Shown one piece after another: positions 29,785 to 38,877 of a DNA stretch of 47,886 nucleotides (its first letter is position 1; the number at the start of each line of letters is the position of its first letter). The stretch lies in sequence record SRR33789315_17; one strand, given 5' to 3'. The notes beneath the pieces were generated by a model. It was not told the DNA's origin and made no database searches. It was given only the letters and a program-made list of their open reading frames with translations. The translations under genes and the position numbers were made by a program.

Positions 29785-31070
29785 TGCTTAGCGTTTTCCT
29801 TTTTATTTTTAAGTGTTTTATTGCCCACTGAAAAGGCAGGCAAGTTGTTCAATACCTCTTGTTCAAAGACAGGCTCTTTGAACAGTAAGGGATAGTAAAA
29901 AGCGCGTAATGCACTATGAAAGTTGCGTACTTGCTGTTCATATTGATAAGCAGCAGGAGCATCCGTTTTGGCAAGATGAGTCATCAGTCTTTGCACCAAA
30001 GTGACGGGGGATAGCCAACTCACAAGGCCTGCTGTTTGATATTTGTCATGGGCGGCTTGGCGATATGCATCAGACAGCGCTGCGGCTTTTTGATCGCCTA
30101 CTTGTTGAAAGGCGTAATACCATTTCCATTCAAATAGGCTATTCATCTGCGTGTAGTTTACCCACTCAGGATAGCTCGCAGTGAAGGCATCCATGGTAAT
30201 CTTAGCTGGTAAGTCCCAAGCATCATTCACGGCTTCCCGTTGTGTTAAGAGGATGTCACCACCTTGTTGGCTGTTGATGACTTTTTCGATGATGCCATTG
30301 CCTGCAGCAGGAATGATAAAGGTTGTAATTAACCAAATCCCCAGCAATGCAGAGGCCAGTCTCGGTGCAGACGAGTCGGACTTGCCAACCCAGTAGCTAA
30401 GTGTTGCCCAAAAGCTCAGATGAGCGATACAAATTAACGTGACATAAGTTATATGCAGTGCAGTTGTACCGCTAACTAAGGCGCCTACCCAAAAGGGCAA
30501 GAGTAGCGCCAGACTGAGGGAAACAAGCACAATGATGGTTCGACTCAACCACAGACTATTAGCACTTTTGGCGGTCACCGAAAGCAGATCATAGCGACCT
30601 GCAGAGCGTTCAGATGCGCGTAAGTCATGCAGCAGTAAAATGATAAAAAGTGGCGCCAATACCCCAATAACAAAGGTAAAGTCGATGCGGCCTATTTGCG
30701 CCAGTTCAGGATTACCAAGATCGGATTCATGAATTTGACCTTCAAGGGCTAACATTCTGATGCGATGTTTCCAAGGGTAAATATCACGCTCGCCTAAAGC
30801 GGCGAAGGCCAGAGGCGATGGCGGCGAATAGGTAAGATGAAAACTGTAATAGGCAGCACTCCCATAATCATGTTGCTGCGCGAGTACGGCTTGTCTATCT
30901 GCAGTATCGGCTTTAAGCAGACGAGTTATGGTATTGTTTTGCTCGGCGACTTCTTGCGTGCCTGTCCAGACTGAAAACACTGCTAATAACAAGCTAACAA
31001 GCAATAAACTGACAAACCCTTTCTTAGCAAATAGAAACCGCGCTTCGCGCACTAAATCTGCGAATTTCAT
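29781..31070 (-). CDS. ABC-2-type permease subunit (DUF3526-like)
   Basis: Multi-TM protein; NPELAQIGRIDF, APLFIILLLHD, FEWKWYYAFQQVGD. Confidence 0.82.
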   Translation of the reverse strand: MKFADLVREARFLFAKKGFVSLLLVSLLLAVFSVWTGTQEVAEQNNTITRLLKADTADRQAVLAQQHDYGSAAYYSFHLTYSPPSPLAFAALGERDIYPWKHRIRMLALEGQIHESDLGNPELAQIGRIDFTFVIGVLAPLFIILLLHDLRASERSAGRYDLLSVTAKSANSLWLSRTIIVLVSLSLALLLPFWVGALVSGTTALHITYVTLICIAHLSFWATLSYWVGKSDSSAPRLASALLGIWLITTFIIPAAGNGIIEKVINSQQGGDILLTQREAVNDAWDLPAKITMDAFTASYPEWVNYTQMNSLFEWKWYYAFQQVGDQKAAALSDAYRQAAHDKYQTAGLVSWLSPVTLVQRLMTHLAKTDAPAAYQYEQQVRNFHSALRAFYYPLLFKEPVFEQEVLNNLPAFSVGNKTLKNKKENAKQ

Positions 31071-32500
31071 TGTTTTTCTCCCACGATTCTGAGTAATACT
31101 AAAAAGAGAATAAGCAGCAAAAGCAGTTGGGAAAATGCCAACAGACTATGGGCTAGGCGTTCATTAGCCGGAGCAGGATGGAAAGTAAATTCACTGAGCA
31201 TTTGCCAATTACTGGCATCGACTTTCGCTTTTTTATTGTTTGCTTCATCAAGATATCTGTTGCTGTCATCTTTATGGCTTAGGGCTTCGGCATGTAATTT
31301 ATTAAGTGATTGTACAAACTGATAACGCACATCTTCTGCCTCACGCAAAAATCGATGGTAGTTTTCTAAATCGGTACCCGCTAAGGTCATAGACGCTGAA
31401 CGGATAGCAATCATCGGTGACAACCAACCAAACTGTCTGGCTATTTGCGCTTGAGCTAAGGCCTCTTGCATGCTTTGCTGTGCAAACTTGTTGAGTACCT
31501 TGGTTAGATTTTGTTCTGATTGCTGGGCAACAACACCACGAAAATTAACCGGTAAATCTTCAATATTATCAACATCATATTGAGCCAGTAGATTGGCTTT
31601 AAGTTTTAGAAAGGCGGGATCGCTTGCATTATGCCCATCACCTAATTTGCGAACTTCGTCGAGCACCGCAAAGTCTGTTTCTAGTTTACCCGGTGAGGAA
31701 ACTAATACTGTTGCGCTATTACTGGCAATGCGAGGTAGCAGCAAACAAAGTAAAATCCATAAGCCAATAAGCACACTAAAACTAATGGAGTTAGATGAAG
31801 AAAGCGTCGAGACCAGCAAAATTGCACTGCACCAGATGCCTAAATAAAGGGCATAAGCCAATATAAAAAAGCCTGTGGTCAGAGCGCTACCCCCAATACC
31901 TGCAGCATAGATACTGCCTATTACCAGTGGGGTTAACACTAATAGTCCAGCTAATAGTAAAGCCAGCCCTTTGCCCATAATTAACGATAGAGGTGAAACA
32001 CCTTGGGCTTTTAAAAAGTCAAATGTGCCGGCTTCGCGTTCACGGGTGACCGCACCGTAGCCCATGATAATAAGCAGCAGTGGTGCCAGAATTTGCATCA
32101 CAAAAGCCACTGACAATCCGCCTAACCAGGTTAATCCAGTGCCTTGTTGTTGCTCAGAAAATGAGGCGCCATTTTGTCGATGTCCTTCAAGAAATATAGA
32201 AGTGCCAGTTAAGGCGTCAATGCCAGGGTCTATGCGCGCTAGAGGTGGCGGGGTGCGAAAAACATAGTGACCATAATGCACCATTCTGTGGGGATGCCGG
32301 TTGGGTTGTGCGGCAAAAGCCTGTTCGGCAGAATGCTGCAAATGCTCGCGCTGTTGGGCACTATGACTCACTGATAGGTTGGTGACGATCACTGCGGCAA
32401 TAGCTAAAATAATGGCAATAATCAGGACTGAAATAGCCAGTTTAGAACGCCACCAATAACGCCATTCGTCCTTGGCGATGGTTAAAGTAATTGAACTCAT
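31067..32500 (-). CDS. ABC-2-type permease subunit (DUF3526-like) with His-rich motif
   Basis: Multi-TM protein; QPNRHPHRMVHYGHY, IFLEGHRQN, REREAGT, GDGHNA. Confidence 0.85.
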   Translation of the reverse strand: MSSITLTIAKDEWRYWWRSKLAISVLIIAIILAIAAVIVTNLSVSHSAQQREHLQHSAEQAFAAQPNRHPHRMVHYGHYVFRTPPPLARIDPGIDALTGTSIFLEGHRQNGASFSEQQQGTGLTWLGGLSVAFVMQILAPLLLIIMGYGAVTREREAGTFDFLKAQGVSPLSLIMGKGLALLLAGLLVLTPLVIGSIYAAGIGGSALTTGFFILAYALYLGIWCSAILLVSTLSSSNSISFSVLIGLWILLCLLLPRIASNSATVLVSSPGKLETDFAVLDEVRKLGDGHNASDPAFLKLKANLLAQYDVDNIEDLPVNFRGVVAQQSEQNLTKVLNKFAQQSMQEALAQAQIARQFGWLSPMIAIRSASMTLAGTDLENYHRFLREAEDVRYQFVQSLNKLHAEALSHKDDSNRYLDEANNKKAKVDASNWQMLSEFTFHPAPANERLAHSLLAFSQLLLLLILFLVLLRIVGEKQ

Positions 32501-33219
32501 ACTGCAACACCCTGTGCAAATGCACTGTGTACGGTTTCAGTATCAATTTTACCTTGGGCTGGAGCATCAAAAATACCGACTATTTCACCGTTACGTAATA
32601 AACCGATTCGGTCGGCCACATGACATGCGCCATATACATCGTGAGTTACCATTAGCACTGTGGTGCCATCGCCAGCGAGTTGACTGATTAAACGGTTGAA
32701 TTCATCGATAGCGATAGGGTCGAGGCCAGATGTAGGTTCATCCAGAAAAAGAATAGGCGCCTCGCGTAGCAGTGCCAAAGCGATTGCGGTTTTTTGCCGC
32801 ATGCCTTTCGAATATCGACTTAGTCTGGTGTGCCACGCGTTCGCTTGCAACGAGACGCGATTAAGGGCTGCTTTGACTTCATCATCTTGTTTTGGCGTAC
32901 CTGCCAATGACAAAAAGTAAGTGATGTTTTCCAAGGCAGTTAAGTGGCCGTAGAGCATGACCGATTCAGGTAAATAAGCGACTTTTTGTCGAATAAAATC
33001 AAGGTTGTTGTGCACGTCCTTGCCCAAAATGGTGGCACTGCCAGATGAGGGCTGCAGAAAACCTAAAAAAGTTTTGAGAGTGGTTGATTTGCCCGCACCG
33101 TTCCCCCCAAGTAAGGCGAGTACTTCTCCTTGATTAGCAAAAAAACTCACCTTATTAAGAAGCTCTTTCGAATCGGCCATCACTGACAAGGATTCGGCTT
33201 TAATGACTGCGTTTTGCAT
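32497..33219 (-). CDS. ABC transporter ATP-binding protein
   Basis: Walker A GGNGAGKST, signature YSKGMRQK, Walker B LFLDEPTSGLD, H-loop; ATG 33219 with AAGGA RBS. Confidence 0.95.
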   Translation of the reverse strand: MQNAVIKAESLSVMADSKELLNKVSFFANQGEVLALLGGNGAGKSTTLKTFLGFLQPSSGSATILGKDVHNNLDFIRQKVAYLPESVMLYGHLTALENITYFLSLAGTPKQDDEVKAALNRVSLQANAWHTRLSRYSKGMRQKTAIALALLREAPILFLDEPTSGLDPIAIDEFNRLISQLAGDGTTVLMVTHDVYGACHVADRIGLLRNGEIVGIFDAPAQGKIDTETVHSAFAQGVAV

Positions 33220-33260
33220 GTTGGTATTTTTCCTTTTGTAAATAAATTCTTTCAATATAA

Positions 33261-33281
33261 TTATGATATAACATCACATTT
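33261..33281 (-). promoter_or_regulatory. Zur-box-like site 1
   Basis: Minus strand AAATGTGATGTTATATCATAA compared with gammaproteobacterial Zur consensus AAATGTTATA-N-TATAACATTT. Confidence 0.6.
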
Positions 33282-33525
33282 GTAGACTTGTAAAAGTCCC
33301 ATGTTGTTAGCTTATTTGTTAGTTTTTATTCCTGTAAAAGTGAGGCCGTTATATTGATATTGCGATATAAGGCAAACAGCGAGGCTTAGGTTTTAACTAA
33401 CCCGAGTTCAGGTTAACTACTAAATAACCTTTAAAAATCAAACTCATAAAGATTAATAAGCGTGTTATTTAATAGGCCACTGATTTTTTACAACATAAGC
33501 TGTTGAATAGCTGGCTAATTAATTT

Positions 33526-33546
33526 AATTGTTATGTTATAACATTT
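33526..33546 (-). promoter_or_regulatory. Zur-box-like site 2, overlapping a sigma70-like -10
   Basis: Minus strand AAATGTTATAACATAACAATT (2 mismatches to consensus); TTGCGC-N16-TATAAC overlaps it. Confidence 0.72.
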
Positions 33547-33913
33547 TATTAAATGAGCGCAATACTGAATTATATTTTTATGCAAAGAAAGGGTAGGACT
33601 TGATTTGCTCGAGCCGTGAAAATTGGGGGGTAGCGGCGGGCTATAGGGGCGACAAAATATCCCCTGAGTCCTGCTAAAGTAACTGCTTACTTACGTTATA
33701 TAATTCTATTGATACTATCGACTTTAACATTTATCTGCCGCAAGGTTTCGTCAAAAAACGCTGTTCTCATATCACCTCATGTTGGGCTTTCTGTTATTGC
33801 TGGTTATGACCAAAATAGATTTTAAGACCGTTGATAAGCGCGACTTTTTAATAAATTTACCCTCCTCTAGCTTACGTATTTCGCTTCAAAAATTACTGTC
33901 TTTTGGAAGATAT

Positions 33914-33925
33914 TGACAATTGTCA
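33914..33925. promoter_or_regulatory. Palindromic operator candidate TGACAATTGTCA
   Basis: Perfect 12-bp palindrome upstream of gabD; variants at 37704, 37780, 37934 and 41267. Confidence 0.55.
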
Positions 33926-34106
33926 CATACGTTTTTGGACGTCCATGTCAACATTATTAGCTAGTAAAACACGCTTCTCTAACATTGATACATTGGTGCC
34001 GAGTCTCTCGTTATAAGTGGTTTTTAAAAAGCTGAAGTCGCTCACGTTAACGTAAAGCGATGCAAACACCACTCCATCTATTAATTTTTAAATGCAGGTT
34101 ATCGTA

Positions 34107-35558
34107 ATGAAACTAAGTGAACTTTCAATTTTTAAGCAAGACTGTCTTATTAACGGTGAATGGTTATCAAGTGGCAGTAAGATTGATGTAGTCAATCCTT
34201 CGACGGGCAAGGTAATAGCAGCAGTTCCAAAATTAGGAAGTATCGAAACTAATCAAGCAATTGAGTATGCTAATTCTGCCTTAAAAAAATGGAAACTAGA
34301 GACCGCTGCCACTCGTGGCACCTATCTTAAACGCTGGCATGCTCTGATTCTACAAAATATTGATGAACTCGCTATTATTATGACCTGCGAACAAGGCAAG
34401 CCTTTGACTGAAGCCAAAGGTGAAATTAACTATGCAGCAAGTTATGTTGAATGGTTTGCGGAAGAAGCGATGCGTATTCAAGGAGAAGTGCTACCTGCTG
34501 CCTTGCCTAACACTCGAATCTTAGTCACTCGTGAGCCGGTCGGGGTGTGTGTCGCAATTACGCCTTGGAATTTTCCTGCCGCGATGATCACGCGTAAAGT
34601 AGCCCCCGCTTTAGCGGCTGGCTGTACTATTATTGTTAAACCAGCCAGCCAAACACCCTTAACCGCTTTGGCTTTAGGTGAACTAGCGATTCAAGCGGGG
34701 ATTCCTAAAGGGGTTTTACAGATCATCACGGGTAAGGCGAGCGAAGTGGGGGATGCGATGTGCGCTAATCCAACTGTACGTAAGCTGAGCTTTACTGGCT
34801 CTACGGATATCGGTGCGCAATTGATGGCTAAATGTGCCCCAGATGTCAAAAAGTTATCTCTTGAATTAGGTGGTAACGCGCCCTTTATCGTATTTGACGA
34901 TGCTGATGTTGAAGATGCGGTTGAGCAACTTATCAAAGCCAAATTTCGCAATGCAGGGCAAACCTGTATATCGCCTAACCGCATTTATGTTCACAAGACT
35001 ATAAAAACGAAATTTGAATGTTTCTTGGTTGACGCGGTATCAAGGCTCAAAGTAGGTGATGGTTTACGGGCCGACACCACCGTTGGTCCGCTGATTGATG
35101 CCGCCGCAGTGCTTAAAGTGGAGCAACATATCGCCGACGCCGTCTCCTCAGGTGCTCGAGTATTGGTGGGCGGTCATCGTTTAGAGCAAGGGGATAATTG
35201 GTTTCAGCCTACGGTAATAACCGATGTCAAAGCGAACGCGGCGTGTGCTTGTGAAGAAACCTTTGGTCCCTTAGTGCCTATTGTCAGTTTTAGTTCTGAG
35301 CAAGAAGTCATTCGCTTGGCTAATGATACGCCATTCGGCTTAGCGGCTTACTTTTTTACCGAGAATCATCATCGAGTACAGCGTGTTGTCGAGCAAATTG
35401 AAGCGGGTATGGTGGGCATTAATACTGGGGTTATTTCAGCAGCTAACGCGCCTTTTGGTGGGATCAAAGCCAGCGGTTTAGGTCGTGAGGGTGCGCATGT
35501 TGGTATTGAAGAATACCTTGAAATGAAATATCAATGTTATGGTATCAGACCTGAATAA
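34107..35558 (+). CDS. gabD: NAD(P)-dependent succinate-semialdehyde dehydrogenase
   Basis: ITPWNFPAAMITRK, KLSFTGST, LELGGNAP, FRNAGQTC, EETFGP, PFGGIKASGLGREG; alternative start 34092. Confidence 0.9.
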   Translation: MKLSELSIFKQDCLINGEWLSSGSKIDVVNPSTGKVIAAVPKLGSIETNQAIEYANSALKKWKLETAATRGTYLKRWHALILQNIDELAIIMTCEQGKPLTEAKGEINYAASYVEWFAEEAMRIQGEVLPAALPNTRILVTREPVGVCVAITPWNFPAAMITRKVAPALAAGCTIIVKPASQTPLTALALGELAIQAGIPKGVLQIITGKASEVGDAMCANPTVRKLSFTGSTDIGAQLMAKCAPDVKKLSLELGGNAPFIVFDDADVEDAVEQLIKAKFRNAGQTCISPNRIYVHKTIKTKFECFLVDAVSRLKVGDGLRADTTVGPLIDAAAVLKVEQHIADAVSSGARVLVGGHRLEQGDNWFQPTVITDVKANAACACEETFGPLVPIVSFSSEQEVIRLANDTPFGLAAYFFTENHHRVQRVVEQIEAGMVGINTGVISAANAPFGGIKASGLGREGAHVGIEEYLEMKYQCYGIRPE

Positions 35559-35585
35559 TGTAATGCACTCACCAAAGGATTTACC

Positions 35586-36137
35586 ATGACTCAATCAAGC
35601 AATACCTGTTCTTTTGCTCTTATGGGCGGCAACACCAAAAGCCTAAGTGATTATCAGGGCTCGGTAGTGTTAATCGTAAATGTGGCATCAGCTTGTGGAT
35701 TAACCCCACAATATGAAGGTTTACAAAAGATTTATGCTGACTATGCACCCCAGGGTTTGTTGGTGTTGGGTTTTCCCGCCAATAACTTTGCTGGGCAAGA
35801 ACCGGGCACCAATGCTGAAATCAGCGGTTTTTGTAGTACTACTTATGGGGTGAGTTTCCCACTAGCAGAAAAAATATCAGTCAGTGGTGCCGATATACAT
35901 CCTCTATATCAACATTTGATCAGTGAACAGCCTGTTCGTACTGATAATCCAAATGGTAAGTTGGCGGGTATTTTAACCGAGAAAGGTTTAGCACCTAAAT
36001 CGGCTACTGATGTGATGTGGAATTTTGAAAAATTCCTCGTCAGTAAAGATGGCAAAGTGGTGCAGCGTTTTGCGCCTGATGTTGCACCTACCGATCCACT
36101 CATTGTAATGGCTATTGAGGCCGAACTGGCTAAATGA
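35586..36137 (+). CDS. Cys-type glutathione peroxidase (BtuE-like)
   Basis: VNVASACGLTPQY, LGFPANNFAGQEPG, WNFEKFLV. Confidence 0.93.
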   Translation: MTQSSNTCSFALMGGNTKSLSDYQGSVVLIVNVASACGLTPQYEGLQKIYADYAPQGLLVLGFPANNFAGQEPGTNAEISGFCSTTYGVSFPLAEKISVSGADIHPLYQHLISEQPVRTDNPNGKLAGILTEKGLAPKSATDVMWNFEKFLVSKDGKVVQRFAPDVAPTDPLIVMAIEAELAK

Positions 36138-36158
36138 TCCTCAGCGTTTTATTACATA

Positions 36159-36196
36159 AAAAAAGCCTAGTGTTAGTTTAACCACTAGGCTTTTTT
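36159..36196. terminator. Bidirectional intrinsic terminator
   Basis: AAAAAAGCCTAGTG...CACTAGGCTTTTTT between convergent genes. Confidence 0.85.
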
Positions 36197-36208
36197 GTTT
36201 AAGAGTCT

Positions 36209-37555
36209 TTATGACTTAGCAGAAATACCAATCTTCAGCCCTAAAATTTTGCAGGCTGCGAACAACAATCCATAAGCGAACATCGATACCAATAAGCCAT
36301 ATAAAGACGGGAATATAGCTTGCGCTGCGGGTAAGGCGACACCTTCGCTCGCCGCATACGCAGAGGCGGCTCCGATAACATACGACATAATCGCTACTGG
36401 ATTCCAGGCGGGTAAATGGGCTAAGCGGGTTGGATCATAACGTAGCTTATTCACGATGTAATAATCGACTATTACCGGGCCGATGATAGGGGGAACCAAA
36501 GCGGCCAATAATCCTATAAAGCTTAAAAAATGTTGATACACCCCTAAACCCAGAATAGTACCTAATACACCACAAATGAGGGTGGTGACTCGCTTAGGTT
36601 TACGAAACACACTGGCAGTTTGTACCGCAGGCAAATATAAGTTGGTATCACCTGTGGTCCACAACGCCAAACTCATGGCAATAAGACCAAACATGCCTAC
36701 CACAGGACCTTGTGCCAACATATAGGTGGTAAATTCATAGGTACCAGAAACGATGCCGCCCATGGAGCCGATAATTTGCAAAAACCATTGAGATATAATC
36801 AGTACAACAAAGGGAATGGCTAGGGCGACCCAAGCCTTGCGGGCAAAACGGGTATAGTCCGCCATGACAATCGCGCCGACAATCCACGAACCAACCACCA
36901 GATTAATTGCTTCAGACATCGATAAGGGGGATTCAGCCGCTTGTTTGGCTGACATCGCCAAAAAAGGTTGCCATCCGCCTACTTTGTCCATGTTCAGCCA
37001 AGTCGCATAAATGCCCACTCCAACTAACATTAATACCGATGGCAGACTGACTTTTTCTAGGGCTGCAACGCCCAAATAAGTCGTGGCAGTAAACAGTACA
37101 CCGGCTAGGATAGCAACCACATAAAATGTAGTACTATCAAATGATTGCGCCCAAGCGAAGCCAAACGCGCCGACCGTAATGCCTTGCCAACCAATAGTTA
37201 AAATGGCAACAAATAATACTGGGAGATACGCGCCGATATTGCCGTAAGTAAAGCGATACAACAAACCACTATTGCAAGCGGTTTTGTAGCCTATGTATCC
37301 CACTAAGGCGCCAATGACAAAATTCATCGCATTACCTAAAAAGGAGGCGAACAGTAACTCCTGAAAAGGCATGCCTTTACCTAAGGCGCCACCAGTTAAT
37401 AGGCCTGTGACTAAAAATCCCCAGCCAAAGGCCAACGCCAACAACGGCAAGCTATTACGCCTTTGGTTTGGCGATAAAGGCGTTAAGGGATTATCTGCAC
37501 TTTGTGCTTCTTCAGCAGGATCCAATGACCACCACTTTTTTATTTTTTTCATCAT
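36209..37555 (-). CDS. NCS1-family (cytosine permease/CodB-like) transporter
   Basis: About 12 TM helices; VGSWIVGAIVMADYTRFA, LWTTGDTNLY, PPIIGPVIVDYY. Confidence 0.87.
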   Translation of the reverse strand: MMKKIKKWWSLDPAEEAQSADNPLTPLSPNQRRNSLPLLALAFGWGFLVTGLLTGGALGKGMPFQELLFASFLGNAMNFVIGALVGYIGYKTACNSGLLYRFTYGNIGAYLPVLFVAILTIGWQGITVGAFGFAWAQSFDSTTFYVVAILAGVLFTATTYLGVAALEKVSLPSVLMLVGVGIYATWLNMDKVGGWQPFLAMSAKQAAESPLSMSEAINLVVGSWIVGAIVMADYTRFARKAWVALAIPFVVLIISQWFLQIIGSMGGIVSGTYEFTTYMLAQGPVVGMFGLIAMSLALWTTGDTNLYLPAVQTASVFRKPKRVTTLICGVLGTILGLGVYQHFLSFIGLLAALVPPIIGPVIVDYYIVNKLRYDPTRLAHLPAWNPVAIMSYVIGAASAYAASEGVALPAAQAIFPSLYGLLVSMFAYGLLFAACKILGLKIGISAKS

Positions 37556-37779
37556 ACGAACACCTTTTAGCTTGGAGGTTGGGCAGCATAAAATCGACTC
37601 GCCTTACGAAAAGACGCGCGACTGGGACTCTTTACGCTGGTAAATAAGTCTTAAATACGGCGTATTGACTGCTCAAGCTAGCCTTGCAAACGACTAGTTG
37701 CCTTAACAAATATCAAATAATGTAACGATTTTTAAAGGGTAGGGAATTGCTTAATATGGCTATTGTTGATGCGGCTATT

Positions 37780-37791
37780 TGACAATTATCA
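37780..37791. promoter_or_regulatory. Palindromic operator candidate TGACAATTATCA
   Basis: One mismatch to the 33914 palindrome, in the divergent NCS1/hydrolase intergenic region; a related TAACAAATATCA lies at 37704-37715. Confidence 0.5.
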
Positions 37792-37941
37792 AGGGAGTGC
37801 TCTCGTGATACTGTTATATCTATCTAACAGAAGATATTTTGAATACCTTTTACTTTGGTTGTTGCACGGGTTGGCAAACTTGGCTGGCGCAAAGCAAACT
37901 AAGGTATGCCAAGGTACACATTTACCCTAAGAGTGACAATT

Positions 37942-38829
37942 ATGCTTTTTTCTTTACGTCCCATACGAGCTTTAACGACATTACTTTGGCTAGCATTTAG
38001 CGCATTTTTGTTATGCTGTAACGCCTTTGCTGTTGAGCCAACGGTAACAAAACTATCGGTAGGTGATAGGGAGGTTTCGGTGTCGACGTGGCAACCCACT
38101 CACAATTTTAAAGGCGTGATTTTATTTTCTCATGGGGCGGCTTCTGCTCCTTGGAAATACGAGCCTTTGATTCAACCTTGGGTAGAACATGGTTTTGCCG
38201 TGTATGCACCACTGCACGTTGATTCCACCGATCATCCACACCATGACCAATATAAAGGCATGGATTCGTGGCGCACTCGTTTAGAAGACATGCAATTGCT
38301 GGCAGATACTTACGGACAAAACGGTTATATTGCCGCAGGGCACAGTTATGGCGCATTAACCGCCTTGGTAAAAGGAGGGGTTAACGCCATGATACCTGAG
38401 GGAATTAAACTACCTACCGCTGATCCTCTTGTTTTATTAGTACTTGCCTTTTCACCTCCTCCTGCCATTCCAGGTTTCGTCGAAAAACAAGGTTATAGTG
38501 GTTTAGCCGTACCTGCCTTAATCCAGACTGGCACTCAAGACATACCCATGGGAGGGGCGACAGATTGGACAGGGCATTTGGATGCTTATGAAATGTCAGC
38601 CGCCAGTGGTGATCATTACGCCTTAATTCTTGAGGGGGTTGACCATTATTTCGGTGGAGCAATTTGTCGTCCGGAGCTCCCAGGGCCTAAGCTTATGGAC
38701 GAAGTAAAACAGACAAGTGATATTTCCATATTAATGATAAATGCGTACGTCCTCGGTCAACAGTCAGCCACCAAGTTGCTGAGCAAGCAACTGAGTGAAC
38801 AAGGTCCAGTGATATTCAGATTAAAGTAA
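37942..38829 (+). CDS. Secreted alpha/beta hydrolase
   Basis: Signal peptide ending AFA; ILFSHG, nucleophile GHSYG, QTGTQD, DHYFGG; ATG 37942 preferred over 37906. Confidence 0.82.
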   Translation: MLFSLRPIRALTTLLWLAFSAFLLCCNAFAVEPTVTKLSVGDREVSVSTWQPTHNFKGVILFSHGAASAPWKYEPLIQPWVEHGFAVYAPLHVDSTDHPHHDQYKGMDSWRTRLEDMQLLADTYGQNGYIAAGHSYGALTALVKGGVNAMIPEGIKLPTADPLVLLVLAFSPPPAIPGFVEKQGYSGLAVPALIQTGTQDIPMGGATDWTGHLDAYEMSAASGDHYALILEGVDHYFGGAICRPELPGPKLMDEVKQTSDISILMINAYVLGQQSATKLLSKQLSEQGPVIFRLK

Positions 38830-38877
38830 AACAGTGTCGGTTTTACCCTAATTAATTTATGACAAGAGAGAAAAATA

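Noticed and set aside
27640-32920. Several 67-108 aa ORFs overlapping the ABC/TBDR operon
   Set aside because: Shadow ORFs fully inside well-supported genes
35586-36137. Possible selenocysteine in the glutathione peroxidase
   Set aside because: The active-site codon is TGT (Cys) and there is no in-frame TGA
37860-37900. Sigma54 promoter upstream of the hydrolase operon
   Set aside because: TGGC motifs are present but the GG-N10-GC spacing is not met
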